DNA of 64,000 nucleotides from Clostridiales bacterium (GTDB lineage Bacteria; Bacillota; Clostridia; Christensenellales; UBA1242): NCBI GenBank assembly GCA_015055515.1, contig SVIC01000005.1, positions 20,550 to 84,549 of the forward strand, read 5' to 3'. Shown piece by piece: positions 56,971 to 64,000 of this stretch (position 1 is its first letter; each line of letters starts with the position of its first letter). The notes under the pieces were generated by a model. It saw only the letters and a program-made list of their open reading frames with translations, ran no database searches and was not told where the DNA came from. The position numbers and the translations under genes were made by a program.

Positions 56971-58644
56971 ATGAGAATTTCAAGAATGTTTTTTAAGACA
57001 TATAAGGAAGATCCACAAGATGCAGAGATCAAGAGCCATAAGCTACTTGTTCGTGCTGGATATATCAAGAAACAGACAGCGGGCGTATATATGTTCATGC
57101 CTCTAGGGGTTAGGACATTGCATAAGCTTTGCAACGTTATTAGACAAGAGATGGATAGAGCAGGTGCTTGTGAGATGCAGATGACTAGCCTTCTTCCTAT
57201 AGAGACATATGCTGGTAGACTAGAGCATTTTGGCAAGGACATGTTCAGACTTACCGATAGAAGTGGCAAAGACATGTGTCTAGGTCCATCGCACGAAGAG
57301 ATATTTACAGGTGTAATGAAGGATGCTGTGACTAGTTATAAGCAATTGCCATTGACTCTATATCAGATCCAGACGAAGTTTCGTGATGAGGTTAGACCTA
57401 GATTTGGTCTTATGAGAGGCAAAGAGTTTCTTATGAAGGATGCATACTCATTTGATGTGGATAAAGCAGGACTAGACAAGTCATATAATGTTATGGCAGA
57501 GACATACAAGAGGATCTTTGATAGACTAGGGCTACATTATGTTATAGTTAATGCAGACAACGGTACTATGGGTGGTAGTATGTCACAGGAATTTATGGTG
57601 AAGTCTAATATTGGCGAAGATGAGATTATTGTATGTGATTGTGGTTATGCATCTAATACCGAGAAGGCAGAGTGTAAGTTCGTAGAGGTAGATAATAGCA
57701 AGATAGAGAGACTACCTATGACAAAGATGCATACACCAAACCTAAAGACTATATCTGACCTAGTTGTACCTCTGAATAAGTCTGAGGGCGATATGCTGAA
57801 GGCTGTTGTGTATAAGATAGATGATAAAGATATTATAGTAGCACTCCTACCAGGCAATAGAGAGGTAGAGGAGATCAAATTAATCAGGGCTACTGGTGGT
57901 ATCAATATAGAGATGGCATCAGTCGAAGATATTGCAAAGATTGGCTCAGTGGCAGGCTTTGTAGGGGCTGTAAATCTTCATGATTGTAAGGTTGTGGCAG
58001 ACAATTCTGTTAAGAACATGGTGAACTTCATAATAGGTGCTAATGAGGCAGATTATCACTATGAGAATGCAAATCTAAGCGATATCCATGTAGATATGTT
58101 TGCAGATATTGTGAAGGCAGAAGAGGGTGATACTTGCCCAATATGCGGTGGAACACTACATTCTATTAGGGGTATAGAGGTAGGTCATATATTCAAGCAA
58201 GGTACTCATTATTCCGAACTACTAGACTGCAAGTTCTTAGATCAGAATGGCAAGAGTAGATATATGGAGGCTGGTGCTTATGGTATAGGTGTGACAAGAA
58301 CACTTAGTGCATTGGTAGAGCAGAATAGTGATGATGCTGGAATAATACTACCAGAAGAAATTGCGCCATATAAGGTGAATATAGTAATTGCTAATATGAA
58401 GTCTGCCGAGATGGTAGAGGCTGGTGAAAGACTGTATAATGCCCTTAATAATAGAGGTGTAGAGGTACTACTGGATGATAGATTGGATTCAATTGGTGCG
58501 AAATTAAAAGATGCTGAACTAATAGGTGTGCCATATATCATAGTTGTAGGAAAATATACTGCAGAGGGCAAGGCAGAGCTGATCAATAGATTAACTGGTG
58601 AGAAGACTATAGCTCTGCTAGACGACATTGCTACAATGTTTTAA
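56971..58644 (+). CDS. proS: prolyl-tRNA synthetase, bacterial type with insertion domain
   Basis: Class II motifs (FRDEVRPRFGLMRGKEF; GAYGIGVTR). ~557 aa. Only 31 nt lie upstream, so there is no room for a T-box leader. Confidence 0.93.
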   Translation: MRISRMFFKTYKEDPQDAEIKSHKLLVRAGYIKKQTAGVYMFMPLGVRTLHKLCNVIRQEMDRAGACEMQMTSLLPIETYAGRLEHFGKDMFRLTDRSGKDMCLGPSHEEIFTGVMKDAVTSYKQLPLTLYQIQTKFRDEVRPRFGLMRGKEFLMKDAYSFDVDKAGLDKSYNVMAETYKRIFDRLGLHYVIVNADNGTMGGSMSQEFMVKSNIGEDEIIVCDCGYASNTEKAECKFVEVDNSKIERLPMTKMHTPNLKTISDLVVPLNKSEGDMLKAVVYKIDDKDIIVALLPGNREVEEIKLIRATGGINIEMASVEDIAKIGSVAGFVGAVNLHDCKVVADNSVKNMVNFIIGANEADYHYENANLSDIHVDMFADIVKAEEGDTCPICGGTLHSIRGIEVGHIFKQGTHYSELLDCKFLDQNGKSRYMEAGAYGIGVTRTLSALVEQNSDDAGIILPEEIAPYKVNIVIANMKSAEMVEAGERLYNALNNRGVEVLLDDRLDSIGAKLKDAELIGVPYIIVVGKYTAEGKAELINRLTGEKTIALLDDIATMF

Positions 58645-58658
58645 TATATGTTATATAT

Positions 58659-58709
58659 AAAAAAATCACGATATACATGAGATTAATTTCTCAAATATCG
58701 TGATTTTTT
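58659..58709. terminator. bidirectional intrinsic terminator between convergent genes
   Basis: AAAAAATCACGATAT ... ATATCGTGATTTTTT, with an A-run on one side and a T-run on the other. Confidence 0.8.
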
Positions 58710-58714
58710 ATTTA

Positions 58715-59824
58715 TTATTCGGCTGGTGTGATAGTTATTGTGATTGTTGTGCCGTCTGCGATATTGAAGTCTTCCATTGAACATATCATGCTAGCAGAAG
58801 ATTCAAGAAAAAAACTACCATAAAATAATACAATATAGTTTGTATTATATTCATCCGTTGCATCATCGTATTCAATATACTTACCATTAAAGTATTTTGT
58901 AACACTCTGTTGTTCGCCCTCCGCATTAGAGTATGTGAAGGTATAGTTAGCGGGAGCTCCATATATACGATAGTTCAATGATACTACCAAGAAATCTTGT
59001 CCAATATCAAACCCGTTAGGATTATGTGTTTTAGAGAAATTACTGTCGTATGTTGAAGAATATGTATACTCTATAAAACTAATAACTTCAGCTTTGGGAA
59101 TTTCACCACCATAATAATTACCAACTTCAATAACACTTGGGATATTAGATTCATTTATTATATTTGTTGTAACATTCTTTGTTATATTACCTTCTGTTGC
59201 GTATTCTAGGGTTATGTTAAGGCTTAATTCTAGATTGTTTATATCTATAGTAGCGTCATCTACAGATATTACTGCATATAGTGTCGTTTCTGCTTGTCCT
59301 CCGCCTATTTCGCTGACATAGAAGCGATCTAATTCATTTCTAGTAATTGATTTTAGTGCAGTCTCACTTAAACCCATGTATATATTTGCATTATTGTTTT
59401 CTGCAAGACTTGCGCCGGGGAAGTTCGCAGCAAATTTAAGAATCTTAGAATTTTCTGCATTTGCTGTATTTTTAATAGTAAATTTATATACTAGTCTTCC
59501 AGCTGCAGTCATATCTGTATCGTTAAATTTTAATGAATTAGTAGCCTCAGATTGTGCAGCATCAAAAGTTATAGTAGATGTCTCTAATTCTTCATCTCCA
59601 ATAGTAATAACCTTGTCACTGGTGCTGGTGCCGGTGGCATTGGCGTAGTTCATTGCTGTAGCAGTAATAGTGGCATCTACATTGTTGGCAGTGTAGGATA
59701 CAGACATGCTGTTATTTAACGTTGCCTGCTGTGCTACTAATACTAGCCCAATAGTTAGTCCAATGATTGCAAATGCCATAACAGCAATGATTGTGATAAC
59801 TAACACTTTTTGCTTTGTCTTCAT
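58715..59824 (-). CDS. surface protein sharing an N-terminal signal-anchor module with the 34595-36586 product
   Basis: RBS AAGGAAG. MKTKQKVLVITIIAVMAFAIIGLTIGLVLVA...SYTANNVDATITA...GRLVYKFTIKNTA parallels the LRR protein N-terminus. The C-terminal ~140 aa are unrelated. Confidence 0.8.
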   Translation of the reverse strand: MKTKQKVLVITIIAVMAFAIIGLTIGLVLVAQQATLNNSMSVSYTANNVDATITATAMNYANATGTSTSDKVITIGDEELETSTITFDAAQSEATNSLKFNDTDMTAAGRLVYKFTIKNTANAENSKILKFAANFPGASLAENNNANIYMGLSETALKSITRNELDRFYVSEIGGGQAETTLYAVISVDDATIDINNLELSLNITLEYATEGNITKNVTTNIINESNIPSVIEVGNYYGGEIPKAEVISFIEYTYSSTYDSNFSKTHNPNGFDIGQDFLVVSLNYRIYGAPANYTFTYSNAEGEQQSVTKYFNGKYIEYDDATDEYNTNYIVLFYGSFFLESSASMICSMEDFNIADGTTITITITPAE

Positions 59825-59933
59825 GTGTATTTCTTCCTTTTTGTATAAAATATTTTATACTACGCTTACTCAATCTTATGTGGATAACTCATGCTTCAAA
59901 AATGCAAAAAATTAAGTAAATCAGTATACTATA

Positions 59934-59964
59934 ATTATATATATATATATATATAAGATGTCAA
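59934..59964 (-). promoter_or_regulatory. putative promoter of the 58715-59824 gene with the (TA)10 tract as its spacer
   Basis: On the minus strand: TTGACA (59964-59959), a 19-nt spacer made mostly of the TA tract, then TATAAT (59939-59934). Confidence 0.5.
59936..59955. repeat. (TA)10 dinucleotide microsatellite
   Basis: Counted directly: t59936 to a59955 is ten TA units. Confidence 0.95.
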
Positions 59965-60102
59965 ATGATTTAGACGCTTAATTTGAAATTGTTTTTTTGA
60001 AAATTATCCACATTTATATAAAGTTGCTGTTGATAGGTGGAATAAAGGAAATGGGTAGGAAAATATTAAAATTTGCTAATAAAATATAAATTAATCGTCT
60101 TG

Positions 60103-60162
60103 TTTTGTATAAATATACCAAAATTGCTTGTATAAAAATAAATTATGTTGTATAATTATAAC
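60103..60162 (+). promoter_or_regulatory. argR promoter overlapped by ARG-box-like AT-rich palindromes
   Basis: TGTATAaaTATACc (60105-60118) and TGTATAattATAACA (60148-60162). Promoter is TTGTAT (60127-60132), 17-nt spacer, TATAAT (60150-60155). Confidence 0.4.
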
Positions 60163-60219
60163 ATCTAATAAGAAAATTGGCTAAATATAGCCGATTTCAA
60201 AAATGGGAAGAGGGTGTAT

Positions 60220-60666
60220 ATGGCAAGAAATAGCAGACATAATAAAATCATAGAAATTATAAATCTGAAGGAAATAGAGACTCAGGATGATTTGGTAAAC
60301 GCATTGCGTGATGCTGGTTATGATGTAACACAGGCGACAGTAAGTAGAGATATCAAGGATTTGGGGTTAATTAAGATATTGGTGGATGGTAAGAGGTACA
60401 AGTATGCTACGGCAACGGGGGCACAGATGGTGTCTGACAAGTCATTATCTATTTTCTCATCATGTGTTAATGGTGTTCATAAGGCAATGAATATGGTTGT
60501 GGTGAAAGTGACTAGTGGTACGGCAGAATTTGTTGGCTCAGTTATAGAAGGTTTTGCTATTCAAAAGATAATGGGTGTGGTGTATGGTAATGATACAGTG
60601 CTGATTGTAACTGCAAGTATTGAAGATGCTGGATATGTTTTTGATAAGCTTTCACAATTTAGATAA
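60220..60666 (+). CDS. argR: arginine repressor
   Basis: R..I..II......Q.DL...L...G..VTQATVSRDIK winged-helix N-terminus and a C-terminal GT.AGDDT-like block (GVVYGNDTVLIV). ATG at 60220, 5 nt after GAGGG. Confidence 0.9.
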   Translation: MARNSRHNKIIEIINLKEIETQDDLVNALRDAGYDVTQATVSRDIKDLGLIKILVDGKRYKYATATGAQMVSDKSLSIFSSCVNGVHKAMNMVVVKVTSGTAEFVGSVIEGFAIQKIMGVVYGNDTVLIVTASIEDAGYVFDKLSQFR

Positions 60667-60677
60667 GAATATATATG

Positions 60678-60705
60678 GGTGTACAAATATGTACATCTTT
60701 TTTTA
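60678..60705 (+). terminator. weak intrinsic terminator after argR
   Basis: GGTGTACA-aata-TGTACATC followed by T7. Confidence 0.5.
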
Positions 60706-60717
60706 TAAAAAAATTAT

Positions 60718-60778
60718 CGAACAAATTTTCTAATTTATCGTACAAATGTTTGACAACTAGATTTTTCTTTGTTAGAAT
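60718..60778 (+). promoter_or_regulatory. recN promoter with two LexA (Cheo/SOS) box-like sites
   Basis: CGAACAAATTTTC (60718-60730) and CGTACAAATGTTTG (60739-60752), compared with the Bacillus consensus CGAACrnryGTTyc. Promoter is TTGACA (60750-60755), 17-nt spacer, TAGAAT (60773-60778). Confidence 0.55.
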
Positions 60779-60811
60779 TTAGTTGTAAATAATGAAAGAT
60801 GGAGATACTTT

Positions 60812-62527
60812 ATGATAAAGTCTTTGAGGATTAATAATATTGCATTGATTGATGAAGTTATGATAGATTTTGATAATGGTTTTAATGTGTTTACAGGGGA
60901 GACGGGTGCGGGTAAATCTATTATAATAGATGCTATTACACTGCTTCTTGGTGGTAAATTCGATAAAAATATCATAAAAGAAGGCTGTGATAAGGCAAAG
61001 GTGGAAGCTGTATTTGATATTGATTATACATGTGAAGACTCTAAGATAGTGCAAGCATTAGAAGACTTAGGGGTAGAGTATGATAACACATTGACCTTGA
61101 GTAGAACTATAGAAATATCGGGTAAGTCACAGTATAGGTTAAATGGTGATGTTGTGGCAATGAATGTATTTAAGAGAGTGTCTAATGAGTTGATAGATGT
61201 ATTTGGTCAGCACGACAACTTGAAGTTGTTGGATAGTAGAAATCATATACATTTTCTAGATGAATACATTGGAGAAGAAGTGGAGGTAATTAAGTCTGAT
61301 TTGAAGGGCGAAATAGCTGTTTTGTCGGATATTAATACAAAACTAAGGGATCTGTGTGATAATCCTGAAAAGAGGGCGAGAGAAATTGAATTTTTGCAAT
61401 ATGAAATTGGTGATATTGAGAGTAAGGCATTCGTGGAAGGAGAAGAGGAGGAATTGTTGGCGCGTAAAATGGTGCTAGCCAATAGTGAAAAGATCTATAA
61501 TGTAACAAAAGGCGTAATAGATGATATGGAATCTCCAGTAAATATTCTAGATGTATTAAAAAGTGCATCTAATGCGCTAGGTACTATTGCAGGACTGGAC
61601 AAAGACATTGATGATAGCAGGGACAGGATTAATTCTCTTAGGTGGGAGTTGGATGATATATTGAATGTTATATCGAACTATGTATCTAATATCAATTATA
61701 GTGAGACCGAGTATGAGAAAATTATGGACAGGTTGGATGTTATAAATGACTATAAGAGAAAGTATGGCAATTCTATATCATCTATTTTGCAATATTTACA
61801 AGAGGCAAAAGCGAGGGTTGAAGATTTGACCGATTGTGAAGAAAGGCTAGATGTATTGCGTAGTGAGAAGAAAGAATGTCTGGATAGGATATATGACAAG
61901 TCGTATATGATACATTCTTTAAGGGTGGCGAAAGCAAAGGATATGTCTAGTAGTATTGTAGAGGAATTGGGTGGACTTGGAATGAACAATGCTCAATTCG
62001 CCGTGCAGATTGATTTTCCGAATAAAGAAGATGATTACGAGTCAAGGATTGCATTAAACGGATTGGATGTAGTAGAGTTTTTGTTTAGCGCAAACTTAGG
62101 TCAATCTATGAAGCCATTAGACAATATAATATCGGGCGGAGAGCTAAGTAGATTTGCTTTGTCGTTCAAGACTGTAGTTAATCATAACGAACCAGATAAG
62201 ACTCTTATCTTTGATGAAATAGATACAGGTATAGGAGGCAATACAGGAAGCGTTGTTGGCAAGAAACTGACTAGAATATCAAAATGTTGTCAAGTGTTGT
62301 GTATCACACATTTGGCACAGATTGCATCATTTGCAGATAATCATTACAAGATAGTGAAGACAGAAGATAACGATAGGACGTATACATCTTTAATTCATCT
62401 AGATGATATTGGAAGGCAGGAAGAAATAGGTAGAATGATTGGGTCTATTATCAATATAGGATATGCTAATCTTCACTCTATTGAATTGATAAAAGAATCA
62501 TATAATTATAAGCTGTCTTTGGCATGA
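60812..62527 (+). CDS. recN: DNA repair protein RecN
   Basis: FTGETGAGKSII Walker A, central coiled coil, ISGGELSR signature and a LIFDEIDTGIGG Walker B. Confidence 0.95.
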   Translation: MIKSLRINNIALIDEVMIDFDNGFNVFTGETGAGKSIIIDAITLLLGGKFDKNIIKEGCDKAKVEAVFDIDYTCEDSKIVQALEDLGVEYDNTLTLSRTIEISGKSQYRLNGDVVAMNVFKRVSNELIDVFGQHDNLKLLDSRNHIHFLDEYIGEEVEVIKSDLKGEIAVLSDINTKLRDLCDNPEKRAREIEFLQYEIGDIESKAFVEGEEEELLARKMVLANSEKIYNVTKGVIDDMESPVNILDVLKSASNALGTIAGLDKDIDDSRDRINSLRWELDDILNVISNYVSNINYSETEYEKIMDRLDVINDYKRKYGNSISSILQYLQEAKARVEDLTDCEERLDVLRSEKKECLDRIYDKSYMIHSLRVAKAKDMSSSIVEELGGLGMNNAQFAVQIDFPNKEDDYESRIALNGLDVVEFLFSANLGQSMKPLDNIISGGELSRFALSFKTVVNHNEPDKTLIFDEIDTGIGGNTGSVVGKKLTRISKCCQVLCITHLAQIASFADNHYKIVKTEDNDRTYTSLIHLDDIGRQEEIGRMIGSIINIGYANLHSIELIKESYNYKLSLA

Positions 62528-63303
62528 CAGAATAATTTTCTGAATATGCAGATGATAGATAATAATATAAATATAGAAGCAAATATATTGTAATACAGTT
62601 TATCTTTGTTAAATGTATTCATTGCAAGTATTAGTATCCCGTATAGCGTGTATTTACGCCAGTTGGAGGGTGCTAATATTTTTTCAAATATTTGTAGTAG
62701 GCTATATTTCTGTTTTGGTTTTAATGGGATAAGTTTGTTTATTTGTAAAAGATTGTTATCTTTGAAATATGTTAAATATATATCATTTATTGTCATTATA
62801 TTTATAGTTAATGACAAAATATATTGGTTTATACATAAATCAATATCAGTGTTATAATCAAAACAATATACATTTATTTCTTTGTATATCGATGAGTATT
62901 TGTGATATATTTCTATAATATCATTTATATTAATTTCCATTTTATCGAATAATAGAATGTGAATAACGTCGTCACTCTCTTTTAGTAGATTTGAATTGTA
63001 ATCAATCTCAAGTTTTATATCCAAGGTTTTATGAAATGTCTTTAATATATCTGTGATGTTTGAGAACATTAGATAGTTTTTAAGTGTTTCGATATTTTTC
63101 ATATCATATTTTTTAACACTATCTTTGTTTTCTTTTTTTCTATTGATGTGATATGCTAACATAAGTATTATAGTAGATATAATAACGCTGATAACTAATA
63201 CTTGTGTTTGGTTTATTAAGATATAGTTTAGCCATACAATATTAACTATTGAGGATAGTATAAATATTAAAATATAATATAGAGTTCTGTAAATATATTT
63301 CAT
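62506..63303 (-). CDS. hypothetical membrane protein, extremely AT-rich with an I/N/K/Y-rich composition
   Basis: I prefer Met57 of the track ORF (MKYIYRTLYYILIFILS...) as the start. Two N-terminal and two C-terminal hydrophobic segments. Its 3' end overlaps the recN 3' end by 22 nt. Confidence 0.5.
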   Translation of the reverse strand: MKYIYRTLYYILIFILSSIVNIVWLNYILINQTQVLVISVIISTIILMLAYHINRKKENKDSVKKYDMKNIETLKNYLMFSNITDILKTFHKTLDIKLEIDYNSNLLKESDDVIHILLFDKMEININDIIEIYHKYSSIYKEINVYCFDYNTDIDLCINQYILSLTINIMTINDIYLTYFKDNNLLQINKLIPLKPKQKYSLLQIFEKILAPSNWRKYTLYGILILAMNTFNKDKLYYNIFASIFILLSIICIFRKLFCHAKDSL

Positions 63304-63370
63304 ATTATAATGATTGACAATGATCTTAGATTTATACTTTTTTTGATTAGATGTATGATTAAAATAATGA

Positions 63371-63399
63371 TTGACTATTTTATAATAGATTGGTACAAT
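63371..63399 (+). promoter_or_regulatory. putative sigma-A promoter of tsaE-tsaB
   Basis: TTGACT, 17-nt spacer, TACAAT. Confidence 0.5.
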
Positions 63400-63427
63400 A
63401 TTTGAGATTATATAATTAGAAGGATGT

Positions 63428-63859
63428 GTGGATTTGGAATTAAAGAGTAAGAGTTTGAGAGATACTAACAAGATTGCAAAGAAGATAGCTAGAATGCTAC
63501 ATCATGGTGATGTAGTTTGTCTTTCTGGTGATTTGGGTGCTGGGAAAACAACTTTTACCAAGGCACTGCTTTCTATTATGGGTGTAAAAGAAGTTGTGGC
63601 TAGTCCTACTTTTACTATTGCAAAAGAGTATAGGGTGAAAAGAGGTGTCATATATCACCTTGATCTATATAGGATAGAGAATGACTTAGAATTAGTGGAA
63701 ATAGGATTTCAGGAGATGTTGGATACTGCATGTCTAGTTGTTGTAGAATGGCCTGATATAGCAAAAGGATATCTTGATCAAAGAAATGTGATAAGTGTTT
63801 CAATAACTTTTGATGATGCTGGCAATAGGATATTTAATATCGAAGGAGTAATGAAATGA
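63428..63859 (+). CDS. tsaE: tRNA t6A37 biosynthesis ATPase TsaE
   Basis: LSGDLGAGKTTFTKAL P-loop and SPTFTI motif. GTG start. Confidence 0.9.
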   Translation: MDLELKSKSLRDTNKIAKKIARMLHHGDVVCLSGDLGAGKTTFTKALLSIMGVKEVVASPTFTIAKEYRVKRGVIYHLDLYRIENDLELVEIGFQEMLDTACLVVVEWPDIAKGYLDQRNVISVSITFDDAGNRIFNIEGVMK

Positions 63860-64000
63860 GAATATTAGTAGTGGATACGACAAAACAGAATTCACACATA
63901 GTTTTGTTTGGTGAGGATTTCTTTGCAAATAAAGTATTGGATGTGGTAACTAAGGTATCGGAGTCGTTGTTACCAAATATTGAGAGCTTATTGTTGGAGA
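63856..64000 (+). CDS. tsaB: tRNA t6A37 biosynthesis protein TsaB, 3'-partial at the window edge
   Basis: My translation: MRILVVDTTKQNSHIVLFGEDFF..., the typical TsaB/YeaZ start. ATGA-coupled to tsaE. Confidence 0.75.
   Translation, partial: MRILVVDTTKQNSHIVLFGEDFFANKVLDVVTKVSESLLPNIESLLLE

Noticed and set aside
63304-63471. A 56-codon N-terminal extension of the minus-strand membrane ORF, reaching into the tsaE start.
   Set aside because: The extension would overlap the tsaE promoter and start codon and encodes low-complexity sequence. Met57 (63303) begins the first hydrophobic segment.

Overview
AT-rich chromosomal segment from an endospore-forming Firmicute, read with the standard code and carrying ATGA/TAATG-coupled operons. 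About two thirds is conserved housekeeping and sporulation synteny. In order: plsX-rnc-smc-ftsY; ruvX-DUF1292; frr-uppS-cdsA-rseP; rimP-nusA-ylxR-ylxQ-infB-rbfA-nrnA-truB; spoIIIAA-AH; asp23-nusB-xseA-xseB-proS; argR-recN; tsaE-tsaB. The left 27 kb is accessory-looking. (1) A giant GLUG-type repeat ORF of at least 4,986 codons runs off the left edge and ends in a C39-like cysteine peptidase domain. (2) An internally duplicated lipoprotein and a PBP5-type carboxypeptidase follow. (3) A 116-nt GC-rich four-helix element sits alone in a 512-nt spacer and is a candidate structured RNA I could not assign to a class. (4) An orphan envelope cluster comprises a 1,197-aa Ig-repeat membrane-anchored surface protein, a polytopic membrane protein with a VirB6/TrbL-like core and a long charged tail, and two soluble acidic/helical proteins. 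Other points worth a second look: a 529-aa PolC-like N-terminal/OB/exonuclease protein in the slot where polC normally sits; two surface proteins sharing an N-terminal module, one with a (TA)10 tract between its -35 and -10 boxes; an apparent 1-nt frameshift at the spoIIIAB start; a 55-aa mini SpoIIIAF; and several canonical neighbours missing from their usual positions (fabD/fabG/acpP, dxr, ispA/dxs, folD, ribF/rpsO/pnp). All functional calls rest on motifs read by eye. No database search or folding program was run.
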